A DNA stretch of 64,000 nucleotides. Origin: Chiloscyllium plagiosum. Taxonomy: Eukaryota. A model generated the notes under the pieces. It did not search any database, had not been told where the DNA came from, and was given only the letters and a program-made list of their open reading frames with translations. Shown one piece after another: positions 12,868 to 26,289 of this stretch (position 1 is its first letter; each line of letters begins with the position of its first letter). A program made the translations under genes and the position numbers. The stretch spans positions 60,258,137 to 60,322,136 of the forward strand of contig NC_057718.1 in the NCBI RefSeq assembly GCF_004010195.1, given 5' to 3'.

Positions 12868-13654
12868 CAGGGGTATATATGTAACACTTTAATGTCTCAG
12901 ATCCTTTTGTCTTCCTCAGTTTCACTTGTACAGTCTTGACTGATATATTTCTCCCTCATTAGAAAATCACATCTTGTCATTAACAAGCAAGGTTTGGACT
13001 GGATGAAGAACTGGTTGTAGTTTCCTGAGTGGTGTTTGTGGTTAATGATGGTGAAAATAATGAGAAAGCAGTTGGAATTGGAGTCCACATGGATTGATAT
13101 TATCATATTGCCCTAACCTGCTGCTTCTAGCTTTCTAGGAATGAACTGTTGAAAATTATTGCCTTAGTAAATATGCAATTGCAAGCACTTTTGCTGAGAA
13201 TCTCAGACTCCCATACCCTTTGAGGAGGGCCAGTCTGCCTTTAGCTACAGTGACTGACAGGGGGCAGTGCTGTGGTTGTGTTGCAGTTGATTGCTGATCT
13301 TGTTGCTGGAGGTGATGAGCATCCTTTGACACTCTCCTCTGAGAACTATATTATGTGGAGGTTTTGCATTCTGTCAGGAGGGCAAGCATTCCTGAGATAA
13401 CAACTATTCATATTTGATTGTCTTGTTGTTTTTCTCAGCCTGCTCCTTCCTCCTTTTTAACTTGCTTGTTCTCTAGTCAATATGTAGTTGGCAGAAAGGC
13501 CTGCATGAATTGTTGTCCAGCCACTACAAACACTTCAAGATAAATCTAGCCAACAAAGGAAACAATGTATAACACAAAAGGTACAAGTAAATTGTCTCTT
13601 CCAGCATTCTCACTTAGAACAGTTCATTCTTCATTCAAATATCACCAGAAATGT

Positions 13655-14132
13655 GGCGAGATAATGGCCTAGTGGTATTATCAATAGACTATTAATCCAG
13701 AAACTTAGCTAATGATCTGGGGACCTGGATTTAAATCCTACCAATGCAGGAGTTGGAATTTGAATTCAGTTTTAAAAGGTCTGGTATTTGGAATCTAACA
13801 ATCACCATGAAACTATTGTCAATTATCACAAGAAAACCTATCTGGCTCACTAATGTCCTTCAGAGAAGGAAATCTGCCATCCTCATGTGGTCTGGTTTTA
13901 CATGTGACTCCAGACCCACAGCAATGTGATTGACTCTCAACAGTTTTCTGAAATGGCCTAGCAAGCCACTCAGTTGTATCAATCATAATGGAGTCTCAAC
14001 AAAGCAATCCACAGCACATGGACTGTAGCAGTTCAAGTAGGCAGCTCACCACCACTTTCTCATAAGTAACTAGGGATGGGTAATAAATTCTGGCCAGTCA
14101 GCATGTCCATATTCCACAAATGAATAAGAAAA
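13655..14132 (+). mobile_element. tRNA-derived SINE (second family) sharing its 3' tail with the adjacent LINE
   Basis: A-box tggcctagtgg; core catgtgactccagacccacagcaatgtg recurs at about 25590 (-), 31110 and 43690; tail matches 15360-15485. Confidence 0.8.
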
Positions 14133-14257
14133 ATGGCTGGTGCCTGGCTTGTCCAAAGTACACAGTTTGTGGCAGGTTGAGAAACACATTGAATAAATAT
14201 GTATTATGTTATGCTCTATCAGTGCTGCTGGAGCTGGAATAGGCTCCAGGGTCTTCA

Positions 14258-15485
14258 CAGTTTGGGTTCCGCAAAGTCCACTCAGCTCCTGACCTCATTA
14301 TAGCCTTAGTTCAAACATTGACAAAGGAGTTGAATTCCATTGGTGAGATGAGAGTAACAGCCCTTGATATCAAGGCTGCATTTGACTGAGTGTGGCATTA
14401 AGGAGCCCAAGCAAAACTAGAAATAGTGGCTATCAGGGGCAAACTCTCCTATGATTGGAGTCACACCTGGAAGATGGTCATGATTGTTGGAAGTCAGTCA
14501 TCTCTGCTCGAGGACATCCCTGCAGAGGTCCCTCAGGGTGGTGTTCTAGGCCCAACTAATTTCAGCCACTTCATCAATAACCTTCCCTTCATCATAAGAT
14601 CAGAAGTGGGGATAGTCAGTTATGATTGCACATTGCTCAGCAACATTTGTGACTCCTCAGATACTGAAGCAGTCCATGTTCAAATGCAACAAGATCAGGG
14701 CTTGGGCTAACAAGTGACATGTAGCATTCACACCTCACAAATGTAGGCAATGACTATCACCACAACCAGATAATCTAACCACTGTCCCTTGAAATTCAAT
14801 GGTGTTACCATCACTGGATCACCTACTAACAACATCTTTAGGGTTACCATTGACCAGAAACTCAACTGCACTCACCACATAAGCACAGTGGCTGTAACAG
14901 CAGGTCAGAAGCTAGGAATATTGTTGGAGGTAACCCACCTCCTGACTCCCCAAAATCTCTCCACACCTACAAGTCACAGATCAGGAATGTGATAGAAAGC
15001 TCCCCATTTGTCTGAATGAGTGCAGCTAAACAACACTCAAGAAGCTTGACACAATCTAGAACAAAGCACTTGATTGGCACTACATTGATAAGCATCCACT
15101 TGCTTTCCCGCCGATGCTCAGTGGAAGCAGTATTATTTACAAGAAGCACTGCAGAAATTCATCAAAGATTCTCGGACATGTCAAAACCCACAATCGCTTC
15201 CATCTAGATGGACAAGGGCAGCAAATATATGGGGACACCACCAACTGCAAGTTTCCCTCCAAACTGCTCACCATCCTGACTTGGAAATATATCACCATTC
15301 TTTCACTGTCTCTGGGTCAAACTCCTGGAATTCTTTCTCTAAGTGCATTGTGGATCAACCCACAACAGATGGATGCAACTGTTCAAGAAGGAAGCTCATC
15401 ACCACCTTCTCAACGGCAACTAGGGACAGGCAATAAATGCTAATCCAGCCAGCGATGCCCATGTCCCACAAATTAATAAAAAGAA
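14258..15485 (+). mobile_element. 5'-truncated LINE of the L2/CR1 group (RT domain plus 3' UTR)
   Basis: QFGFR..HSAPDLI..VTALDIKAAFD.VWH, VPQGGVLGP and FINNLP motifs with stops/frameshifts; A-rich end. Confidence 0.85.
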
Positions 15486-18400
15486 CATTGTGACCTTGAA
15501 TTAGAGACATTAATAATCTCTCCCTTTGTTTCTAGAGTAAGCAGTAGTCAACTAAACCAAGATTCCTGAAAAGTGGAACGGTTGGACCTCCAGCAGTAAG
15601 CATTGAGGTTTTGTTTTTTTAATATTCAGTTCTTTACTGACCTTTTTGTAAGAAGAAACATTTAAACACATCTAAATACCAATATTTTACAAACAGTAAT
15701 AATATTAAACAGTAATAGAAGGATTCAAAATATCAAGCAATTCAATACTTGGTGAGTTAACTTTCATTTATGTCGACATTAAGAGAATCAATTTGTTTCA
15801 TTATTGCTAAATATTATTATTGTTCTAAAGCTGATTAATCATATTAAAACCCTAATCCAAAAATTAAGTGAGATTGGGTTGAATGCGATCTTACCATGTC
15901 AAAAGTCTCAAACGTGAACCTATTTCTGTCTCAAACCCATCCATGTGCAGTTTTCACTGAAATGGCACAATGGGGAGGTAATGACATACTAACCCTGCTT
16001 CTATCATCACAGATGCCGCCAGACCTGCTGAGTTTCTCCAACTTGTCTTTTTTATTTCACATCTCCAGCATCTCCTTTTGTTTAGCTTTGCTGTCCCTCA
16101 GGAAACAAACTTTTGCTATGTGAGAGATGCCTTAACAAATTAAGCAAATTTGCAAAATCTGATATGAGATAACTTTTATAGCATTTTGTGAGGCTGATAA
16201 CAAGCTTTCTTAAGTATGGGTGGAGTTTGGAGGATGGAAGTATCATAATTGTAATTAGGTTCTCTCCCTCTATGTTCCAATTTTGTTTTTGATCACATTA
16301 ATTTATAATTGAGGAAAATATTATTAATTGTAAGGTAAATTATACCACTATTACATTCTCTGTAAGCCATGGGCTTGATTGTTTTGAGGAAGTCCATGCC
16401 TGCAAGGATTGAGATGGTCAATTTTACATTGGTCAGGAGCCTGAGTCTTAAGATTGTAACATGGTTATAGATTGTAAAAGATTTAAGAAGTGTGGTCTAT
16501 GATTGCCAATACAAGCTCATCTAATCAAACCCTGAATGATGTTGCCTTTCCTGACATTGTACAACAAAATGTCCTGGTGTCCAGCAGTTAGGTATGTTGG
16601 TATAACCAGTCCAAAGGCATGATTCCCCAATTTATTATGGTTCCAGACAGGAGACCTCAAACCATTAAGCTCCCAGCTAAAGAGGAATGAACTGGCTCTC
16701 TTTGGTTATTACCTGCCACCTCAGACATTCACAACAAAGTTAATTTCAAAAATATTCCTTCCCATGTAAATACTCTTCTCCCAGCTGCAACTGAACTTAT
16801 GCTTTAAGATGATCTAATTTAAGCAGGCTTTCTTCAATTGACAAAAAGAATTTATAACATGTGAGAAGAAATAGTAACTAAACGCGAATACACAGAGATT
16901 AGAAATAAGAGCTGGATCCAAAAAGATAAAGGCTAAAAATAAATGCACAGATCAGTCTTTGAATTACTTATGAAGACTCAACAGTTGAAACATTGCGGTC
17001 ATTACAGTAGATGTTGTCAATAGCATTAATGTTTGTAGTCAGTTTTGAAATTCTTAGCTTCAAAATTGAAACCCTTTTGTCCAACTCCTTTTGGCAGTAG
17101 AGTGGCATGAATTCTTAATTTTTTACTTACCTATACTGTAGAGGTGTTTAAATGGCTGCTTTCATAGCTATAATGCTCACAACTCATTAATCCGCATACC
17201 ACTACAGCTTGAAGCTAATTTTAACTCCAGCTTGTGTCCAAGTGGCCAATGATCTAAACAACTAGGCTCAACATAACATTGGCCAAACAGTTTCTGCAAT
17301 AAAGTCCTGATGGAGTGCAAAGAGGCCGAGGTTATCACAGGTCAAAAGCAACCAAAGGCCATGCCAAGACCACCTGAGTGTCTTGTCAATGGATCCTAGT
17401 GAATTGAATCCAGTAGTCTAATCAAGTTCGCCAGAATTGGTCATATCTGTGCTTTTCAGGAAGTCAGCCTGGATTGGGGAAAACTTAACTTAATTTCTTG
17501 TTAAGAGTTGTTTCTTTAACTTGGAAGTGGTTTAAGAAAACTAAGTTTGAACTGCAGTTCTTTGTTTGTCTCAAACAGTAAAACCACTTGGGTAAACATG
17601 CTTTCTGAGTAATTCACTGGTCAAAGTGTCTGTATAGAATATTTAATATCAATTTGTTCTTATCTAAATCTTCAAAGCAGGAAAACACAAATATGTCTCT
17701 CATCCAGATTGCTGCCTTGTATGTACCATCATGTTCGCAGTCTGAGATGCTCCCAGGAGATCACAAGTTCAGTTTGTGTGCATTTTCTCCCTTTGAAGTG
17801 TCTTTGAGATCCTGCTAACTATGATATTCCAGAGTTTTCTCTCCAGGCAGCCCTTGAATTTAGATCTGTAGTCAAGGCTGTGTGTCCTTCTTTGAATAAA
17901 AGACACGTTGTAATTAAACTTCAGTGTATCAATAGATCAGCAAGTATAAGTATCCACGGCTTTGAGAGTTCAACTTAGTTAAAGGGGATCCATTCTCCTT
18001 TAAATTAGTAAAATGAGAAAATTGGAAACAAAAGCTTTAAATAACAGATACCCTCACATATATATTCATTCATGTGGCTTTGGTCAATTATATCTCTTCA
18101 GTTCTAAATGGGTCTCTGTGGGTTCTGAACAGAATGTTTGTCGTCACATATGATTTATTGAAAATGTGTATGATTTTGAAATAGGTTGAAAGAACAAACT
18201 CCAATACAATAACCCAGCATTCTTGGTGTGAAACCTTTCCCCAAAGGTTAATAGATTGTAGTTATTATAGAGTGCAATCTCTCCATATTTATTTGAGAAA
18301 AGTATCACAAAATGTTTGAGAACCAAAGCTTTTCTTCTTTGGTATTGTAGAGGACCATTTTTGATGTTTGATTGGTCTCTCTACTTTGAATTCATCTACA

Positions 18401-18534
18401 ATAATTAACTTTTGCCCCCATGTCACTCATGATGATGACTACTTTAAATGCTTGACAAATGAATTTGGAAGATATGGTCAATGGGAGAATAGTCTCTGGG
18501 AAATGGGTAGCCATAGCTATTATAATAAATTGAT

Positions 18535-18624
18535 GCTGAAAATGTGTTGCCGGAAAAGCGCAGCAGGGCAGGCAGCATCCAAGGAACAGGAGAATCGACG
18601 TTTCGGGCATAAGCCCTTCTTCAG
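18535..18624 (-). mobile_element. 90-bp Penelope terminal-repeat fragment (family A) with intact hammerhead core
   Basis: Minus strand starts CTGAAGA-AGGGC-TTAT-GCCC-GAAA-CGTC; perfect 13-bp TSD ataataaattgat at 18522-18534 and 18625-18637. Confidence 0.85.
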
Positions 18625-19050
18625 ATAATAAATTGATTGTCAATCAAAGTCACACTTTCCATCCCAGGCCATGGATCAAATTTGATGGAATTAACCTAGG
18701 CCTGTAACTCACTCCTGAAACAGTGTCCTCCCTCTCTTTGAAGTGTTGCAGTATCTATAAGTCATATTCAAAGTCTCCACTTCCTGATCCCGTCTGCCTT
18801 GCTGTGTTCTTCCTGACTTCTGTCTGTCTACTATAGTTCTTCATGTAGTGAACATTGCTGCAAATGCATTCACCATGGGTCATTCCAGTTCCCCACATAC
18901 TGCAACTGCAAAACACAGGCCCAGACATCTCTACATTATAATTAGTTCATGAATTTGAATGTTTAATATTTTGAAATTGAATTGCTTAACTATACTCTTC
19001 AGCTACAGTATATCTCTTCATTTGAAGCGTTTGGCCAATCAAAAGAGATG

Positions 19051-19390
19051 CATGGTGGCTCAGTGATTAGCACTGCTGCCTCACAGGGCTAAGGACCCAG
19101 GTTCGATTCCAACCTCCAGCAATTGGGTGTGTGTGTGGAGCTTGCACATTCCCCCCATGTCCATGTGGGTTTCCTTCAGGTGCTCCGATTTCCTCCTACA
19201 GAACAAGGAGGTGCAGGTTCGGTGGTTTGGCCAAGCTAAATTGCACAGTGTCCAGGGCTGGTGGGTTAACCATGGGGAAAGCAGGATGATGGGAGAGGGG
19301 ACGGTGGGTCTGTGTGGGATGTTCTTCAGAGGGTCAGTGTGAACTTGATGAGCTGAATATCCTGCTTCCACACTGTAGGGATTCTATTCT
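19051..19390 (+). mobile_element. V-SINE (HE1-like)
   Basis: tggctcagtgattagcactgctgcctcacag, ggttcgattcc, V-domain, tail cactgtagggattctattct. Confidence 0.88.
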
Positions 19391-21044
19391 GTGAGAGGAA
19401 ATGCCTGCCTGTTTTTCTGTGAAATTGCATGAGGTTGGAGAGATTCGTGCTGCTAGTTTCTTTCTCCATTACCATACTCTTTCCATGCAAGTCCACTCTT
19501 CTCTTTATGATGCTGTTATCCTGTGCTCTCTCATACTGCTGTGAAGTTTCTAACTTCATTCTCTCTCCTGCTCTTTAAGAAGCTTTTAATCTCAAAACTA
19601 TTGTCCATGGTCTGAGGAGGGCTCCCACTTTGCCCTTTCTCCCTAGTGTTTGCAGTTTCCCTACCTCTGTCCTTTCCATTTGGTTGAGAATGACTAGGTT
19701 AGGATTTCTTCTGGAAGAGGGGATTATAGATGTCCTAGAATTATTAGCCAATGTAGCTGACTGCCTTAACTCAGTCACTCTCCATTCCTTGAAGAGTTTT
19801 CTTAATGGGAAGGGGATGTAGGCTTTAATCTCGAAAAGGAAAATTACTTCAGAGATTTTTGTAATTGGTTCCTGTTTTATGTTCTCATTCCCACTGGTAG
19901 AAACAGAAACTTGAGCCTTTCAAATTTCAGGTACATTTGGTGAGGCCATCTCTAAAGGCTATAGAATTACTGACCAATCAATATGCGCTTAACATAGAAT
20001 TTCTTACAGTCTGTTAATCAATGTGAGAGTGAGTAAGCCTGGTGCATTTTCCTCAAAAGCTTCCTCTACAGTAAGAAGCACCAACATTGGTCTGGCCATT
20101 TTAACTGCAATACCACCCACTCGAAAGTGATTAAGAAAGGTTCTATCCCTGCCTCTTCAAACTTAGGACTTCAGTGAACAAACCAAGTTGCCTCCATCCT
20201 CTAGTTTGGACCAGTCATTGGACACAGCAGAAATCCTACTCCCTAGCTTGAATTGTCCCGTTCCTGCCACGTTTTCCTGAAATTCTCCCTCTTCTCTTCA
20301 TGATCTTTGCTCTCTTTCCAATTTCTCTCTCACTTTTTCTTTCCGTGTCCCACATTTTGATCCACATTCATTTCTTTTTAGTGAAATTCTAATACCCACT
20401 GTCTAATTTTAATTGCCTTCCATCACTCTTATAAGTTTCATCACTCTCAATATCCTCCTGTAAACCACTAACCAGTCCATTCAAAATTTCAGACTTACTG
20501 GATTTCAGACAAAGTTCCCATCCCAAATCTGAATGCTAAATCTATCAGCCGTACTGAGGAACATTTTTTTTAAATGCCCAAAAGTAACGTTCACTAATTC
20601 TATTATGAACAGGCTGACAATGAATGTGAACACCTTGATACTGTCACAATCTAAACTCAAAAAAGAAGTTTGCAGCTTTTTATTTAAAAAAAATGAAGTC
20701 ACAATTTACATACTTGTGTTCTTGCATATATTCTGTGAGTTCAAATTGTAGACAAAAGCCCAAAATTTGTTCTGACCAGTTTCTGGGTGAAGTTTGCCAC
20801 TTACTCTATGGTTTCGGATTGCATACCTCAAATATTTCCGCATACAATCACCAAAGGGAAGACGGTTTTGGAGCTTTCAGCTTGTCCACTGAATGAGATC
20901 ATTGATACATTTTCTACACTGTATCCAGAATCTTTCCTTAGCCTATGGCAGCTGATGTTTTATAAGATCAATGTCTGATCTTGCTTGGCCAGGCATGGTC
21001 TTTTCTTCTTCGTTGCCTGTCCTTTTCTTCCGGCTCTTCCAGTC

Positions 21045-21810
21045 TAAGATGGTGACAGAGTGGGGCTCCTGTGTCAGAGCTGGTGTGCTCTGACAGCATT
21101 TCTTTTTCATTTGCGCCCCCCCCCCCCCACTTTTCCTTTGTTTTAACTCACTTACATTATCTTGAGTTTGGGCGGCATCGGTGGTTGCAAGAGCCCAGCA
21201 TGCAGAGCGGCCTCAAGCCGGACTAAGAGTGCGGAATAGAATGGGCCAAACGCAGACCTCGAGTTAGTACCTACTTACCTTTCCAGAGCAAGTGTAGTAT
21301 CTGGTATCAGCGACTGCCATTTTAGCAGAGGTGACATTGGCAAGGTAGGCCAAGCAGCAAAAGATGGCACCTGAGGATCAGCAGCACAATTGTTGGTTGG
21401 GTCCAGCGATGGTTGGTGGCAGAAGAGCATCACAGCAATATCGGTGAGGTGGGGCCAGCAGTGAGGCGCACAACTTTGATGTTGGTTGTTCTGGCGCAGG
21501 ACACAGGGAAGCGGTGGCGGAGGACTATCGACCCAGTGGCAAAGATGGCGCCTGATGATCGCCTACTTCGGTGTTTGTTGGATCCGGTGTAGATGGTGAT
21601 GAAACAGATGTAGAGGGATTGCAGCATAGGCAACGTTGATGGTGATGATCTGCCTCAGGACTGATGGACTCTCTTCAAGGGATATCTTACTGTTTTTTCC
21701 ATATTCTTAAATTATTTAAAATGGTGCTGTTTTGTGGCAACAAATGAAAGCTTTTCACTGTATTTTATTGTATTTCTACTGTAAAATACACACAGCAATA
21801 AAATCAAAAT
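21045..21810 (+). mobile_element. Putative non-autonomous retroposon of unknown family
   Basis: GC/CpG-richer block starting aagatgg and ending gcttttcactgta..caataaaatcaaaatc, a LINE-like 3' end; no credible ORF. Confidence 0.4.
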
Positions 21811-23639
21811 CCGTGCAACCTGAAAGAGAACCATGAAGCCAGCAATCATCACTGAGTCATGACCACCCAGTGTTTTCTTTCTTGAAGGAACCTGTAAGAT
21901 GAAATACAGCCTTGTAAAGTGCTAAAAGGGTAAAATAAAACAAAGATCAGCTGCTGTAGATTGCATCTCCTCAGGCCTTCTGCCTATGAAACCAAGGCTA
22001 CAGGAAGTTGCACTAACAAGGAGTACCACAACATGGGGTGCTCCAAGCCTCAGGCAATTACTTGACTGCCACCAAAGTCATTCCAATTCAAGGGGCAGTA
22101 TGATCAGCAGCCTGCTCGCACCATCACTGCAGGCTGATGGGGAGCACCACATAGTAACACTGAAGAGGAGCACTTAGCTGCCCTTGGGATTCATAGATGA
22201 GCATGACATTTAGTCGTCTATTTTATTTCTATGTGCACCTCAATAAATCTTTCATTCACTGTTGTTGCTTCTTGTCCTAATTCTTGCTGCCCTGTGAGAT
22301 TTCATCTACACCTTCAAGTGATGAACTTTTAAGTGATGAACTAAGGAGACTTTGTTTAGCCTTGCCATATTGCACATTGAAGAAGCTCTGTAAACTCATA
22401 TCAGACTCAAAACATAAACTCTATTTTTCTCCTTAGATGTCAGCAGACCTGTTAAGTCACTCCAGTGTGCTCTGTATTAGATTCAGATTTCCAGCAACCA
22501 CACAATTTCACTTCTATACAATATTTTAATGATTGCATTTACAGTTGTTGTTGTTCACCTCCAAAGTTGAGTGGGGCATTACATTTTCAGTAAAATGAAC
22601 AATTCCATTTTTGGTTTCTTTATTCTTCTTAAAGCCTGACATTTCAGCTTCTGTTTATAAAAGTAATGTGGTACGTCTCAGGGAACATTTTCAGTTGCTA
22701 AGATAGTTAGATTAATTTGCAGCATACCCAGGGATCAAAACAGAAAACTCTCCAGTTTAGTTAAGTTATTGATTTTATCTCCAGATCTCACATGACCCTC
22801 CTTGACTTTGGGAAGTAACAAGATAATGCTACACTGGACAGTGATGTAAGGTTTGAATGACAAAGACATTTATTAAACTGCAAAGGAAGCAGGGGATAGC
22901 AACAAGCATAACACATTTTAACTGTTGAGATTGAGCTTTGGTCATGAAAAACAATAAATAATTCATAAACGTTGTGCAAAACTAAGGTAGAAGCAACATT
23001 CTCCCATGCCAGTTCCTTATTCTCACTATCTACAATTAACTAATTGAATTAACTTTTTCTGAAGGTTTCTGACAGGCACCAAATTAAATAGGATAGGCTG
23101 ATAAATACCAATAAAGGAAAAAAAAACAGAAGCGATCAGAGCAAAGCAAATGCAGATCACTATTAAATTCAAAACAGCTGCCAAATCAAGCAGATATTTA
23201 AACATATCACACATGATGTTCGTACTTGAATTGAATAACCTGGCCCATCTCCAGATAGCTGATTGTTTGGTGTGCTAAGATAGTCAGCTCCGTGGGAAGG
23301 CGAGTCACCTTGTGGCTCATTGTTTCAACGTATGTGGGCTGATGGTGTTCTAAAGCTCTGAAGAGATTCCATTTTGAACGTTCTATTTTTCCAAGATCAA
23401 TCAATTGCTCCATCTTTGCAAGTTTTACGACTCTCACTGGCTTCATTCATACCAGGACGAGGCACTGGTAAGCAATAATGCCTACGTCGTGACATAGAGC
23501 AATGGATTTGGATCTGGAAGCAATTCACTGGATGACATTATACTGTCAGGTTCTGCTTTTTTTTAGAACAGCACATTCTGCAATCAACCAGAGAATGAAT
23601 ATTGACAGAACTGGTTTTGTGCATCAAGGTAGGATTAAT

Positions 23640-24135
23640 TCATTTTCTCATGGTGAAGGCTCCCTACTTCACAGCAATTGTAACATGCAGAATTTTAAAT
23701 TCAGTTTGAGGGAGAGAAGAGTGGGTCTAAGACTATAGAGTCATAAATACTTGATTTTTTTAAAAAAAGGTCAATTATGACGGCATTAAAGCAGAGCAAG
23801 CTAAAATGAATTGGCAAACTAAGTTGAGCAATAGAAAAACAGAGATTCAGTAATAGGCAATTAAAGATGTATTTCAGAATACATGGAAAAGATGCATTTC
23901 AACAAGAAAGAAAAAGTTCAGGGGAGGACCCACCATCCCAGATTCAATTTTAAAAAAATATAAAAATTGTATCAAACTGTACAACTATGCAAACATGGGT
24001 GGCAGATCAGAAGATTTCAAAAGGATATAAAAAAAAGCAATAAGTGACTAATGAAAATTAAAGATGGAAATACTGGAGTGTGAGAGAAAGCTAGCTCAAT
24101 ATATATATGTATAAACAAATAGTAACAGTGTGAAA
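23640..24135 (+). mobile_element. Degraded CR1 ORF2 linker fragment
   Basis: Decayed similarity to the region just upstream of RT (gagaaagctagctcaatatata vs ctagccaaaaatataaagg at 41850). Confidence 0.5.
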
Positions 24136-24972
24136 TTTTATAGTGATCTGAGCAATGTGGGCTATGGTGAGATTTGTGGCAGAACTGGGCAACAAGTGAT
24201 GTCTGGAACAATCTACACTTTGTTTTACGCTTTTCATAAACTGTGCAGTGAGATTCGTGCTGGGCAGCAGTGAGATGCCAGTTGACAGGATTAACACTTG
24301 GTAAACAGTGCAACTCACTTCATTAGTATTAACCTTTCCATTTTACCAAACAAACATCAATGTTGAAAACATTCAACATGAAAACCAGAGCGAGCACTGG
24401 AAGATTCAGCTCATCACTTGCTTCAAATAACTTCCACGTTGAACCAACATCTCAAGGCACACTCCAAGAGCACTAGGCCACGTGCATCCCAGGTTCACAG
24501 ACATTGGCCGCAGGTATGTGCCAGCATCTAAGAACCCTCATGACACGTCTCTGATCCATGCGAGCTTCTGCACTTTCTTTATTCACTCACAGGATGTCAG
24601 GGTCGCTGTTGGGCTAGCTTTTACTGTTCATTCCTAATTTACTGTAAATCCCTTAAGAAAGTGGTGGTGAGCTGCCTCTTGAATTGTTGCATTCCATTTT
24701 GTGTCAATACACACACAATGTTGTTAGGTGGAAAATTTCAGGATTTTGCCCCCAGCAACACTGAAGGAATGACAATACATTTCTAACTGGTGTGGAGGGG
24801 AACTTGTAACTGGTGGTGTTCCCATGTATCTGCTGCACTTGTCCTTCGAGATGGTAATGGTTGTTGGTTGAGAAAGTGTATTCTAAAGAGACTTGTTGAA
24901 TTTATGCAGTGTATCTGTTGATAGATACTATAGTAGATTTCTATCCTCTGACCTGCTTTTCCATCCATACTA

Positions 24973-25232
24973 GGAGAAAGTGAGGACTGCAGATGCTGGA
25001 CATCAGAGTCAAGAGTGTGTTGTTGGGAAAGCACAGCAGGTCAGGCAGCATCTGAGGAGCAGGAATTTTATAAGCTCTTCATCAGGAATGAGGCTTGTGG
25101 GCCGGGGCTATGCGATAAATGAGATGGGGGTGGGGTTTGGGAAAAGGTAGCTCCCATTTATCTCTCAGCCCCAACTCACAAGCCTCATTCCTGATGAAGA
25201 GCTTATAAAACTCCTGCTCCTCGGATGCTGCA
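24973..25232. mobile_element. Penelope-derived palindrome (family A)
   Basis: Inverted arms each carrying cctgatgaagagcttataaaa; 15-bp TSD with 2 mismatches (24958-24972 / 25233-25247). Confidence 0.78.
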
Positions 25233-25499
25233 TTTCTATCCATAGTACCCATATGACTAGTCCAGTTAAAACTCTGGTCAGTGGTAACCCATAGGACTGG
25301 GAGATTTAATGATGATAATGTCATTGAATATCAAGAGGTGACTATGTTGTCTCATTTTGGAAGTAGTCATTATCTGGCACATGAGTGATATGAACATTGT
25401 TTGCTATTTTTCAGCCGAAGTCTGGACTTTGGCTTGATCATTCTGCATTTGCTTCAGTAACTGAGAAGAAACAAATGGTACTGAACATTGTGAAATCAT

Positions 25500-25830
25500 T
25501 TTTTCTTATTCATGCACAGGATGAGACCAGCATTTATTGTCCATCCCTAATTGGCCAGAGAGCAGTAAAAAGTCGATCACATTGCTGTGGGTCTGGAGTC
25601 ACATGTAAGCCAGGCCAGGTAAGGATGGCAATTTCCTTCACCATTAGTGAATCGGATTTATTTTTTCTAATAATTGATTCATGGTCACCATTAGACTCTT
25701 AGTTCCAGAATTTTTTAAAATTGAAATTAAATTCCACCATCGGCCATGGCAGGATTTGAACCTGGATCCCAAGAACATTGACTGTACCAGTTCCTGGATT
25801 AACAGTAAGGCCACAAAGCCATTGCCTTCT
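25500..25830 (-). mobile_element. tRNA-derived SINE (second family)
   Basis: cacattgctgtgggtctggagtcacatg is the reverse of the family core; reverse B-box ggatttgaacctgg. Confidence 0.78.
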
Positions 25831-26289
25831 CAGTAATCATCAGTGAGCTTCCCCACTTCTGACCTTATGATGGAAAGAAGGTCATTGATGAAGCAACTAA
25901 AGATGGTTGGGCCTAGAACACTAATCTAAGGAACTCCAGTAGAGATGTCCTGGAGCTGAGATGAGTGACCACCTACAACCAGCTTCCTTTGTGCCAGGCA
26001 TGACTCCAACCAATGGAGAATTTGCTCCTTGATTCCCATTAACTCCAGTTGCACCTCAGGCGTACCAGCAACTATCAGTACAATGACGCAGCAAAGATAT
26101 TGTGCACTCAGGGACACGCACCCAACTCATGGACTGGATCAGGCTGCATTCTGGGATCTTTGCTTTTTACTTTAAAGTATTCACTCACTTTGATCCTACC
26201 TCGAAACTTACAGCATCCCTGCCTTGACTTGACTTTTTACACTTTGTCCCCTCAGTCAGAGGGATCCGACTTCTATTACTTCCATCTCG

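Larger units (their letters stand above)
10060..12960 (-). mobile_element. Old CR1 LINE remnants hosting nested insertions
   Basis: Reverse 3' tail at 10060-10100; MA..LN.Y.ASVFT linker split at 10712/11849; SDHNMIRF endonuclease motif (12264-12467). Confidence 0.75.
24570..26050 (-). mobile_element. L2/CR1-group LINE fragment (same family as 14258-15485), interrupted
   Basis: Reverse tail gtggtggtgagctgcctcttgaa; reverse RT segment MGIKEQILHWLESCLAQRKLVVGGHSSQLQDISTGVP. Confidence 0.75.
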
